NCBI GenBank assembly: GCA_943789305.1
Contig: CALSTP010000002.1
Location: 21,173-85,172 of the forward strand
Length of the DNA: 64,000 nt
Source of the DNA: an uncultured Flavobacteriaceae bacterium
GTDB taxonomy: Bacteria; Bacteroidota; Bacteroidia; Flavobacteriales; Flavobacteriaceae
Direction: 5' to 3'
Position numbers and translations under genes: made by a program. Positions 1 to 9,059 of the stretch are shown here, one piece after another. The notes under the pieces are model-generated. The model was given only the letters and a program-made list of their open reading frames with translations. It ran no database searches and was not told where the DNA came from. Positions within the stretch are counted from its first letter, which is position 1, and each line of letters starts with the position of its first letter.

Positions 1-331
1 TGAAACGTGCTGGTAAGCTTAATATATTTGCGTCATTGTGCTGACGAGCAAGCATGACTATTTCTTTATTCCAACAAAGAGCAGAACGAATATCTTGATA
101 TTTATTTGCTGTCATAGATGCACCATTTCCACTACCACAAATAATAATACCAAAACTTGCTTTTTTTGAAGAAACATCTTGAGCAACTGGATGAATAAAA
201 TCAGGATAATCTACACTTTCTTCAATATCTGAACCGTGATTAAAAACTTCATGCCCTTTGCTTTTTAAATAAGAAACAATATTATTTTTGTATTCTACAC
301 CTGCGTGATCATTGCCTATCGAAAATTGCAT
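1..331 (-). CDS. rpiB: Ribose-5-phosphate isomerase B (3' end outside window)
   Basis: Manual translation MQFSIGNDHAG...SVDYPDFIHPVA...GIIICGSGNGASMTANK...ARQHNDANILSLPARF; not in the ORF track. Confidence 0.95.
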   Translation of the reverse strand, partial: MQFSIGNDHAGVEYKNNIVSYLKSKGHEVFNHGSDIEESVDYPDFIHPVAQDVSSKKASFGIIICGSGNGASMTANKYQDIRSALCWNKEIVMLARQHNDANILSLPARF

Positions 332-831
332 TTTTTTATTTTTTTATAAATGTAAACAAACCTAGTATTCTTGTTTATAACTTAATCCTGTAAATAAGAT
401 AATTTGTTGATAAGTTATTCTATTAAATCAACTGATGTTAATTTAGGTTTTTGTTTAAAATTTTATTTGTATAATCAAAATTTTCTTTTCTAATAATATC
501 TTTTTATTTGTTAAAAAAGAAGACTAGTTATAAACCGATTTTAATTTTAAATATACCTTTAAATATTAAAAGTTTAAAATATTAACTATTGTTTATAAAT
601 CCATTAATCTATTAATAATGATGATTTTAAGGCTCTAATAAACCGTTATTAAATGTTTATAATTATACGTTTATCGAATTAAAAAAAATAAAATTAAAAA
701 AAAATACCGCTATTAACACACTATCATAAACATCATTTTTTTTTAAAATTAAATAAAAAAAAATATTAATAATGTTAAGACTGTTCGTAATAAAGATTGA
801 TGTTCAATATTATTAGAGTAATTTTGTTTCT
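332..831. other. Candidate replication origin (oriC)
   Basis: Very AT-rich non-coding 500 bp with DnaA-box-like 9-mers: TGTTTATAA at 372, 590 and 654; TGTAAATAA 389; TGTTGATAA 405; CTATTAACA 710. parS sites and mnmG lie 8-10 kb away. Confidence 0.65.
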
Positions 832-3006
832 ATGGCTAAAAGAAAGAAAAACAATTCTTTAGAACGAAAGCTACTAAAGCACTTTCGAAACAATCCTGAT
901 AAAGAATATAATTACAAACAATTAGCAGCTTTTTTTGAAATAAAAGATACTAAGAAACGTAATGAAATTATTAAAATTTTAAATAGTTTAATTTCAAATA
1001 AAACTCTTCATAGCCCTTCAAAAGGAAAATATAAGCTTCCATCATCAGGACAACAGTATTATCAAGGTATATTAGATATAACCTCAACTGGTAGAGGTTT
1101 TGTTATTTGTGGGGAGTTAGATCAAGACATAATTATTTCAAAAAATAACATTAATAAAGCTTTTCAAGGGGATTTTGTTGAAGTTTATGTTTACAAACGC
1201 AAACAAAAATCAGGAGCGTTTGAAGGAGAAATAGTTGCAATCTTAGAGAGAAACAAAAAGGAATTTGTGGGAATTTTACAGATTGAAAAAAATTATGCTT
1301 TTGTTTTGACACGAGGCCCAAAAATGTACACAGATTTCTTTATTGATAAAAAACAATTAACAGGTTACAATAATGGTGATAAAGTTTTGGTAGCATACAA
1401 AGATTGGCCAAAAAGGGCCGGATCACCATATGGAACATTAATAGAGTCTTTTGGATCGCCCGGTGAAACACGCACAGAAATGCACGCAATATTATCCGAT
1501 TATGGATTACCATACCGTTTTCCCGAAGAGGTAGAAGCAACCGCAAATTCTATTAATCAAAGAATACAACAAGAAGAAATTAAAAAAAGAAGAGATTTTA
1601 GAAATACACTTACTTTTACCATAGATCCAAAAACAGCAAAAGATTTTGACGATGCTTTATCTTTCAAAGTTTTAGATAATAATAGTTATGAAATTGGCAT
1701 TCACATTGCTGATGTTTCACATTATGTAAAACCAAACACTATTTTAGATCAAGAAGCTTATGAACGTGCAACATCTGTTTACTTAGTTGACCGGGTGGTT
1801 CCTATGTTACCAGAAGTTCTATCAAATGGTGTATGTTCTTTAAGACCTAGAGAGGAAAAATATTGTTTTTCTGCTGTTTTCACTATGAATTCGGAAGGAG
1901 ATGTATTGAAAGAATGGTTTGGGAAAACAGTTATTTATTCTAACCATCGTTTTGCTTATGAAGAAGCTCAAGAGTTAATAGAAACAGAAAAGAATATAAT
2001 ATCAAAAGATGTTTCATTAACTGGGAAAGCATATACTGTTGATAGTGAAACTTTATTTGCTGTACTCAAATTAAATAAAATAGCAAAAGAACTTCGAATA
2101 ATACGAATGAATCAAGGGGCTTTGTCTTTTGACCGAGTAGAAGTAAATTTTATTTTAAAAGATGATGAAACCCCAGAAAGTGTGTTTTTTAAAACCTCTA
2201 AAGAGGCTAATAAATTAGTTGAAGAGTTTATGTTACTTGCTAATAGAAGTGTTGCTTCTTTCGCAGGAAATAGAAACCCTCCCCTACCCTTTGTTTACCG
2301 AATACACGATGAACCAGATCCAGACAAACTATTTGATCTACAAATGGTTGTTTCAAACTTCGGACATAAATTAGATTTAAAAACAAAAAACATAAGCAAA
2401 TCATTAAATAGTTTATTATTAGATGTTCAGGGTAAACAAGAACAAAACTTAATAGACACTTTAACTATTCGATGTATGAGCAAGGCAGAGTACAAAATGG
2501 AAAATATTGGTCATTATGGTTTAGCTTTTAATTTCTATTCTCATTTTACTTCTCCTATTCGACGTTATCCCGATATTATGGTTCATAGATTATTAGAAAA
2601 ACATTTAGAAAAACAAGAAGTAAAAGATATCAATTACTATCACACAGCCTGTAGACATTCATCCCAAAGAGAACAGTTGGCTACAAAAGCAGAGCGCGAT
2701 TCTATTAAATTTATGCAAATTAAATTTATGGAAGATAAGATTGGAAAGGTTTTTGAAGGTGTAATTTCAGGTGTTACAGATCGTGGTATATACGTCGAAT
2801 TGATTGAAAATAAATGCGAAGGGATGGTTAAAATAAAAGACATTTCAGGAGACTTTTTTAATTATGATGAAAAGAATCATTCATTGGTTGGAGAACGAAC
2901 AAAAAAAAGATATCAATTAGGAGATTCTATTGATGTATATGTTTTGAAAGCAGATTTAATAAAAAGACACTTGGATTTCAAAATAAAAGAGAATGTTCTG
3001 GTGTAG
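832..3006 (+). CDS. rnr: Ribonuclease R
   Basis: RNB motifs FTIDPKTAKDFDDALS and HFTSPIRRYPD, C-terminal S1 domain. Confidence 0.95.
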   Translation: MAKRKKNNSLERKLLKHFRNNPDKEYNYKQLAAFFEIKDTKKRNEIIKILNSLISNKTLHSPSKGKYKLPSSGQQYYQGILDITSTGRGFVICGELDQDIIISKNNINKAFQGDFVEVYVYKRKQKSGAFEGEIVAILERNKKEFVGILQIEKNYAFVLTRGPKMYTDFFIDKKQLTGYNNGDKVLVAYKDWPKRAGSPYGTLIESFGSPGETRTEMHAILSDYGLPYRFPEEVEATANSINQRIQQEEIKKRRDFRNTLTFTIDPKTAKDFDDALSFKVLDNNSYEIGIHIADVSHYVKPNTILDQEAYERATSVYLVDRVVPMLPEVLSNGVCSLRPREEKYCFSAVFTMNSEGDVLKEWFGKTVIYSNHRFAYEEAQELIETEKNIISKDVSLTGKAYTVDSETLFAVLKLNKIAKELRIIRMNQGALSFDRVEVNFILKDDETPESVFFKTSKEANKLVEEFMLLANRSVASFAGNRNPPLPFVYRIHDEPDPDKLFDLQMVVSNFGHKLDLKTKNISKSLNSLLLDVQGKQEQNLIDTLTIRCMSKAEYKMENIGHYGLAFNFYSHFTSPIRRYPDIMVHRLLEKHLEKQEVKDINYYHTACRHSSQREQLATKAERDSIKFMQIKFMEDKIGKVFEGVISGVTDRGIYVELIENKCEGMVKIKDISGDFFNYDEKNHSLVGERTKKRYQLGDSIDVYVLKADLIKRHLDFKIKENVLV

Positions 3007-3041
3007 ATTTACTAATTTTAAAAAACGTTTAAACTCATAAT

Positions 3042-3767
3042 ATGAAGTCATTTTTAATTTCCTTAATTTTCTTATTTGGTTCAATTAGTTTTGCTCAGAC
3101 AGCTGATCAAGATTCTGTTTCTATTGAGAAAAACAAACGTATAGAACGAACAAAAACAATAATGATGAGTCCTTTTTCAGGGATTAAAGTCTTTTCAGGA
3201 ATTCAAGTAAAACTTATTCCCTCAACTGAAAATAAGCTCATCTTATCTGGAGAAAACTTTGAGACGGTCGTAACTACTTTAAAAAAAGATGTGTTGCGTA
3301 TTAAACACTCTTTAGATCAAATCTTCAATCCAAAAAACACTTATATAGAAATTTATTTTTCTGAGCCTTTGGATCTTATCCACACTTATCAAGGCTCAAT
3401 AGTTGAATCAAAAGCAACCTTAAAATCAACAAGTATTAATTTAAAAGCTCACGAAGGATCAAATATTGACCTTAATTTAGAAAGTGAAAAAATAAAATCT
3501 AGCGTTAATTCAGGTGCAACCCTTATTATTAAAGGCACAACAGTTAATCATGAATTAAAAATACTTGGTGGAGGTATATGTGAATCCGAAACCCTTTTGA
3601 CCCAACAAACAACAGTAAAGGTTACTGCAGGAGGTGTTGCTTATATTCATGCTTCTGATTTGATTGAGGCCACTGTAAACGTTGGAGGAATTGTCAGAAT
3701 TCATGGAAGACCAACCAAACTAATAAAAACAAAAAGAATTGGCGGAACAATCACAGAAATGAATTAG
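3042..3767 (+). CDS. Secreted head GIN / DUF2807-like protein
   Basis: Signal peptide, FSGIKVFSGIQVKLIP start and repeating beta-helix pattern. Confidence 0.7.
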   Translation: MKSFLISLIFLFGSISFAQTADQDSVSIEKNKRIERTKTIMMSPFSGIKVFSGIQVKLIPSTENKLILSGENFETVVTTLKKDVLRIKHSLDQIFNPKNTYIEIYFSEPLDLIHTYQGSIVESKATLKSTSINLKAHEGSNIDLNLESEKIKSSVNSGATLIIKGTTVNHELKILGGGICESETLLTQQTTVKVTAGGVAYIHASDLIEATVNVGGIVRIHGRPTKLIKTKRIGGTITEMN

Positions 3768-3791
3768 ACCCTTTACAAACAGAGAGAGATT

Positions 3792-3826
3792 AAAAAAACC
3801 CGTATTTCAAACACGGGTTTTTTTTT
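3792..3826. terminator. Bidirectional intrinsic terminator
   Basis: AAAAAAACCCGT...ACGGGTTTTTTTTT between the convergent CDS and tRNA-Cys. Confidence 0.85.
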
Positions 3827-3827
3827 G

Positions 3828-3898
3828 AGGCATCGAGCGGATTCGAACCGCTGTACAAGCTTTTGCAGAGCTCTGCCTAGCCACTCGGCCACGATGCC
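3828..3898 (-). tRNA. tRNA-Cys(GCA)
   Basis: GGCATCGTGGCCGAGTGGCTAGGCAGAGCTCTGCAAAAGCTTGTACAGCGGTTCGAATCCGCTCGATGCCT; cloverleaf, U discriminator, CCA not encoded. Confidence 0.97.
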
Positions 3899-3928
3899 AG
3901 TTGGGCAAAAATAAGAAATAAAATGTTT

Positions 3929-4294
3929 TTATTCCTTTTTTCTTTTCCCTTTTCGTTCTATACTTACTTCTTCTACTTCTCCACCAATAGGAGGGTTTTT
4001 CTTAGCCACATTTATCCAAACCGATTCTACAGATTTATGTTCTTCCAAAATGCGAGCGATAATTTTTTGAACAACAACCTCCAGAAGTTTAACTCTTTGG
4101 TTCATTTCTTCTTTTACAATAGAATACAGTGAAACGTAATCTACAGTATCGGAAAGATTATCCGACACAATAGATTTAGACAAATCTGTTTTTACTTTAA
4201 CATTTACGACATAATTACTACCAATCTTTCCTTCTTCAACCATACAACCATGGTTTGAGTAGAGTTTTATGTTTTTAATTCGAATAATACCCAT
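3929..4294 (-). CDS. folB: Dihydroneopterin aldolase
   Basis: HGCMVEE...SDNLSDTVDY...KKNPPIGG. Confidence 0.93.
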   Translation of the reverse strand: MGIIRIKNIKLYSNHGCMVEEGKIGSNYVVNVKVKTDLSKSIVSDNLSDTVDYVSLYSIVKEEMNQRVKLLEVVVQKIIARILEEHKSVESVWINVAKKNPPIGGEVEEVSIERKGKRKKE

Positions 4295-4360
4295 ACATAG
4301 ACTTTCGGCAAATATAAAAAAGAGGTGTTAATAATAGTCAGAACCCTTTCTCTTTTTCAA

Positions 4361-4368
4361 TATCTTTG
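4361..4368 (+). promoter_or_regulatory. Bacteroidota -7 promoter element for glnS
   Basis: TATCTTTG matches TAnnTTTG, 15 nt before the ATG. Confidence 0.7.
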
Positions 4369-4383
4369 TAAAAATATATTTTC

Positions 4384-6060
4384 ATGTCCGAAACAACAGA
4401 TTCTTTACATTTTATAGAACAAATCATTCAAGACGACTTAGATGCTGGTTTTCCATCTAAGGAATTACGCTTCCGTTTTCCACCTGAACCTAATGGGTAT
4501 TTACATATAGGTCATGTTAAAGCAATTGCTTTAAATTTTAATTTAGGAAAACGTTTCGGTGCCCCAGTGAACCTTCGTTTCGATGATACAAACCCAGCAA
4601 AAGAAAGTATAGAATACGTTAATGCAATTAAAAAAGACATCCAATGGTTAGGTTATCAGTGGGATAAAGAATGTTATGCATCAGACTATTTTGAGCAATT
4701 ATTTGTTTGGGCAAATGAACTGATTAATAGTGGTTTAGCATATGTAGATTCTCAAAATTCTGAGGATATTGCATCTCAAAAAGGAACCCCAACTCAAGCG
4801 GGAACAAACAGCCCTTTTCGAGACACCCCCCCTGAAGTAAACTCAAGGCTTTTTAAAGAAATGGCTGAAGGCAAACACAAAGAAGGCAGCTTTGTTCTCC
4901 GTGCAAAAATTGATATGGCATCTCCCAATATGCTTATGCGAGATCCTGTGATTTACAGAATTCTCAACAAAGAGCATCACCGAACAGGAACTAAATGGTG
5001 TATTTATCCTATGTATGATTGGACACACGGTGAATCTGATTATATTGAATCTGTTTCACATTCTTTATGTACACTAGAGTTCAAACCTCACAGAGACTTG
5101 TATGAGTGGTTTCTCAGTCATATAAGCCCACTTGAACATAAGTACCCTAAACAAAGAGAATTTGCACGCCTCAATTTATCTTATACAGTTACAAGCAAAA
5201 GAAAGTTAGCCGTTCTTATTGAAAATGGAACTGTGGCGGGATGGGACGATCCAAGAATGCCTACTATTTCCGGTTTAAGACGACGAGGTTTTACGCCACA
5301 ATCTCTTCGAAACTTTGTTAAAACAGCTGGAATTTCAAAAAGGGAAAACGTAATTGATGTGTCTTTACTAGAGTTTTGTGTTCGTGAAGATCTCAACACT
5401 AAAGCTTCACGTTTTATGGCGGTACTTGACCCTATCAAATTGGTTATTACTAATTATCCCGAGGGGTCAACAGAAATGTTGGAGACAGAAAACAATCCTG
5501 AAGATGCTTCCCAAGGGTCTCGATTACTTCCTTTTTCAAAGAATCTTTTTATAGAGCGTAATGATTTTAAAGAAGAAGCTAACCGAAAGTATTTTCGTTT
5601 GACTATTGGAAAAGAAGTCCGCTTGAAAAGCGGATATATTATTGAAGGGCAAAAAGTTTTCAAAGACAATCAAGGAAATGTTGTTGAAGTTCATTGTACC
5701 TATGACCCAGAAAGCAAAAGCGGATCTGGTTCTTTAGCAAGTCAAAGAAAAGTTAAGGGAACAATTCATTGGGTTAATCAAGAAACAGCACAACAAGCCA
5801 AAGTAAATTTATACGATCGTTTATTTAATGTTGAAAATCCAGATCAAAATAAAGATCAGGAATTTACTGATTTTATCAACACAGATAGCTTTAAACAAGT
5901 AACGGCTCAAGTAGAGCCATCTCTAGTCAATTTAAATCCTGGCACGAATATACAGTTTCAGCGCTTAGGATATTTTGTAGTAGATGATGACTCAACTAAA
6001 AATAAGCTTGTGTTTAATAAGACCTTAGGTTTACGCGATACTTGGTCTAAAAAGAAATAA
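4384..6060 (+). CDS. glnS: Glutamine--tRNA ligase
   Basis: RFPPEPNGYLHIGH, TSKRKL, GWDDPRMPTISGLRRRG. Confidence 0.96.
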   Translation: MSETTDSLHFIEQIIQDDLDAGFPSKELRFRFPPEPNGYLHIGHVKAIALNFNLGKRFGAPVNLRFDDTNPAKESIEYVNAIKKDIQWLGYQWDKECYASDYFEQLFVWANELINSGLAYVDSQNSEDIASQKGTPTQAGTNSPFRDTPPEVNSRLFKEMAEGKHKEGSFVLRAKIDMASPNMLMRDPVIYRILNKEHHRTGTKWCIYPMYDWTHGESDYIESVSHSLCTLEFKPHRDLYEWFLSHISPLEHKYPKQREFARLNLSYTVTSKRKLAVLIENGTVAGWDDPRMPTISGLRRRGFTPQSLRNFVKTAGISKRENVIDVSLLEFCVREDLNTKASRFMAVLDPIKLVITNYPEGSTEMLETENNPEDASQGSRLLPFSKNLFIERNDFKEEANRKYFRLTIGKEVRLKSGYIIEGQKVFKDNQGNVVEVHCTYDPESKSGSGSLASQRKVKGTIHWVNQETAQQAKVNLYDRLFNVENPDQNKDQEFTDFINTDSFKQVTAQVEPSLVNLNPGTNIQFQRLGYFVVDDDSTKNKLVFNKTLGLRDTWSKKK

Positions 6061-6138
6061 ATTTAGCTTGCCAAAAACTCCTTTAAAAGCAGATTATCTT
6101 TCGGCATTAGGACCCTTCTAATTGAAAAGTTTTAAGGG

Positions 6139-7068
6139 TTATTCTTTCCTTTTTTTCTTCTCATTATTTTCTTTCATTGCTTCACCAATCTGATTACTTG
6201 CCGTAAAAGAAGCCACCATATTATTTAACATATCACTACCAGCTTGAGGAGAATTAGGCAGCAAAATTAAGTTGCTGTTTGTGTGTTCTCCAATAGACTG
6301 AAGGGTGTCGTAATGTTGTGTAACCACGATTAACGCAGAAGCCTCTTGTGAATTGATACCTACTCCATTCAGCACATCAACAGATTCTTCTAAACCTCTT
6401 GCAATTTCTCTTCTCTGATCTGCAATTCCTTGTCCTTGTAATCGCTTACTTTCCGCTTCAGCCTTTGCCTTCTCAACAATTAAAATTCTTGCAGCATCTC
6501 CTTCGTATTGAGCAGCAACCTTTTCCCGTTCAGCAGCATTAATTCTATTCATAGCCTCTTTTACTTGACCATCTGGATCAATATCAGTAACTAGAGCCTT
6601 TATGATATCATATCCATAGTTTGTCATTGCTTCGTTGAGCTCTCCTTTAACTGCATTTGCTATGTCGTTTTTCTTCTCAAAAACATCATCCAATTTCATT
6701 TTTGGAACTTCAGCTCGAATAACATCAAAAACATATGATGTAATTTGATCTTGAGGGAAATCCAGCTTGTAAAAGGCATCATAAACACTTGAAGAAACAA
6801 CCTTATACTGGACAGACACTTTAAGTTTTACAAACACGTCATCTTTGGTTTTTGTTTCGACAATAACATCCAGTTGGAGAATCTTTAGGCTCATTCTCCC
6901 TACAACTTTATCCACTAAAGGAATTTTTATGTGTAACCCGGGTTGCCGAATTGCTACAAACCTCCCAAAACGCTCTATGATAGCAGCCGTTTGCTGCTTT
7001 ACAATAAATAGACCAGATGCAACTAATAATAAAATGAGTAATACAATCAAGTAACTTCCAATGTTCAT
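6139..7068 (-). CDS. SPFH/band 7 domain membrane protein
   Basis: N-terminal TM, VETKTKDDVFV, AMNRINAAEREK. Confidence 0.9.
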   Translation of the reverse strand: MNIGSYLIVLLILLLVASGLFIVKQQTAAIIERFGRFVAIRQPGLHIKIPLVDKVVGRMSLKILQLDVIVETKTKDDVFVKLKVSVQYKVVSSSVYDAFYKLDFPQDQITSYVFDVIRAEVPKMKLDDVFEKKNDIANAVKGELNEAMTNYGYDIIKALVTDIDPDGQVKEAMNRINAAEREKVAAQYEGDAARILIVEKAKAEAESKRLQGQGIADQRREIARGLEESVDVLNGVGINSQEASALIVVTQHYDTLQSIGEHTNSNLILLPNSPQAGSDMLNNMVASFTASNQIGEAMKENNEKKKRKE

Positions 7069-7070
7069 GG

Positions 7071-8564
7071 CTAATTTTTTTGGTTAAATTCTGTTAATTT
7101 TTTTAATCTATCTAATGTACTCTTTTTTCCTATAACTTTGATAACTTCCACAATATCAGGGCCAGAAAGATTTCCAACCATCGCCATTCTTAAGGTTTGC
7201 ATAACGGCACCCATTCCTATATTTTCTTTCCTACAAAACGTTAAAATCAGATCTTTTAATTGATAAATATCACTAAACTCAATTAACTTTTCAAATTTAC
7301 TTATTAATTCGACCATGTTGTGTTTTTCAAGTTTTTCAAGAATTTTAAGATCATATTCTTTAGGTTTCTCAAGAAACATAGCACATAAGTTTTCTATGTC
7401 TGTGATTAACAAGATTCGGTCTTGAATCAATTCAGCAATTTCAAAAATTTGTTTTGTATCATAAGATCCTTCAAGATCTTTTCTTTTGCTTTTGATTAGC
7501 TTTACCAGTTCTTCTTTTTCTAACCGTTTGATATGCTGTTGGTTTATCCATTTAGCCTTCTCATAGTCAAATCGAGCTCCACCTTTTTGAACATTTTTTA
7601 AGTCAAATTCTCTTACGATATCTTTTAGATCCATTATTTCATCTTCCGCGTTTGTGCTCCATCCTAACTGTGCAATATAGTTCAGATGTGCTGCAGGGAG
7701 AAATCCCTTTTCTCGATATCCATCATGCTCATCCTTCCAACGTATTGGAAATACAGGATAACCATTTTTATCACCATCACGCTTACTCAATTTACCTTTA
7801 CCTGATGGGTTAAGAATTAAGGGCAAGTGTACAAACTTGGGCTTATCCCATCCAAATTTTTCATAAATTAATATGTGTATTGGCAATGAGGGCAACCATT
7901 CCTCACCTCTTATTACAGTTGTGATTTCCATACAGTGATCATCAATTACATTGGCTAGGTGATATGTAGGTGTCCCGTCGGCCTTTACTAAAATTTTGTC
8001 TTCCAGCTCATTGCTCTTTACACGAATAGTGTTTCTTATTTCATCTTTGCCAATAACCTCCTCATTCGGTTTAATCCACAAACGAATAACGTATGGGTCA
8101 CCCTTTCTAATTCTATTCTGAGTCTCTGTCTCTGATAAATTCAACGAGTTTTCAAAGAGCTCCCTGTTTTCATAGTTGTATTTAAAAGCGCCTCCCTTCC
8201 TTTCTGCTTTTTCACGCTCTTCCGATAATCTCTCAGAAGAGTCAAATGCATAATAAGCACCTTTCTTTTGAATAAGTTCATCTATATATCTTTTATATAT
8301 TTCATTGCGCTCACTTTGCCGATATGGGCCAAATTTCCCCGGGTTTAGAACACTTTCATCAGGGCTTATACCTGCCCATTTCAAGCTTTCAAAGATATAT
8401 TCTTCACTTTTTTCAACTTTCCTTTTTTGATCTGTATCCTCTACCCTTAATACAAAAACCCCATTATTTTTTTTTGCAAACAAATAATTGAATAAGGCCG
8501 TTCTTACCCCTCCTATATGAAGTGGACCTGTTGGGCTTGGTGCGAAACGAACACGTTCTGTCAT
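7071..8564 (-). CDS. gltX: Glutamate--tRNA ligase
   Basis: RFAPSPTGPLHIGG and KLSKR. Confidence 0.96.
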   Translation of the reverse strand: MTERVRFAPSPTGPLHIGGVRTALFNYLFAKKNNGVFVLRVEDTDQKRKVEKSEEYIFESLKWAGISPDESVLNPGKFGPYRQSERNEIYKRYIDELIQKKGAYYAFDSSERLSEEREKAERKGGAFKYNYENRELFENSLNLSETETQNRIRKGDPYVIRLWIKPNEEVIGKDEIRNTIRVKSNELEDKILVKADGTPTYHLANVIDDHCMEITTVIRGEEWLPSLPIHILIYEKFGWDKPKFVHLPLILNPSGKGKLSKRDGDKNGYPVFPIRWKDEHDGYREKGFLPAAHLNYIAQLGWSTNAEDEIMDLKDIVREFDLKNVQKGGARFDYEKAKWINQQHIKRLEKEELVKLIKSKRKDLEGSYDTKQIFEIAELIQDRILLITDIENLCAMFLEKPKEYDLKILEKLEKHNMVELISKFEKLIEFSDIYQLKDLILTFCRKENIGMGAVMQTLRMAMVGNLSGPDIVEVIKVIGKKSTLDRLKKLTEFNQKN

Positions 8565-8574
8565 TTTTTTTTTA

Positions 8575-8627
8575 CAAATATACTCTCTCTGCTTCGATTT
8601 TACATCTACTTAGTTTCTGTATATTTG
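8575..8627. promoter_or_regulatory. Divergent TATATTTG promoter elements for gltX (-) and ybeY-mnmG (+)
   Basis: CAAATATA at 8575-8582 and TATATTTG at 8620-8627. Confidence 0.7.
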
Positions 8628-8634
8628 TGCTCAA

Positions 8635-9057
8635 ATGAAGCGTATAGAATTTAATAACATTCCATCTCCAGATTTGGACCCATCAGAATTGATACAGTGG
8701 ATCGATATTTTGGCACGTGATTATGGAGTACAAATTCAAAATTTCATTGTAAACGTAATTGGTAAAGACCAAATGTTAGAAATGAATCAAAAACACTTGA
8801 ATCATAACACACATACAGATATTTTAACCTTTGACTATGGAAATCAGCAAGTTATAAATGCGGAGCTATTTGTCTCCAAGTGCATGTGTGTCCACAATGC
8901 GAGCGAAAACCTCCAAAGCATTGAAAATGAATACCTTAGGTTAATATCACATGGTTTTTTACATACTATAGGTTTTTCAGATTCAAATTCTCAAGAAAAA
9001 GTATTAATGTCCGAGCATGAAGATCGTTGCCTTCAAATGTTCCACGTGAAACAATAA
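8635..9057 (+). CDS. ybeY: rRNA maturation RNase YbeY
   Basis: TDILTFDY and HGFLHTIGFSD motifs. Confidence 0.85.
   Translation: MKRIEFNNIPSPDLDPSELIQWIDILARDYGVQIQNFIVNVIGKDQMLEMNQKHLNHNTHTDILTFDYGNQQVINAELFVSKCMCVHNASENLQSIENEYLRLISHGFLHTIGFSDSNSQEKVLMSEHEDRCLQMFHVKQ
9038..9053. promoter_or_regulatory. parS site (ParB loading), inside the 3' end of ybeY
   Basis: TGTTCCACGTGAAACA matches the parS consensus TGTTNCACGTGAAACA. Confidence 0.9.
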
Positions 9058-9059
9058 TT

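Noticed and set aside
4326-4334. Isolated TTATTAACA-type 9-mers (here, and at 49859 upstream of recA) as DnaA regulatory boxes
   Set aside because: Single AT-rich 9-mers are expected by chance in this genome and cannot be supported without binding data
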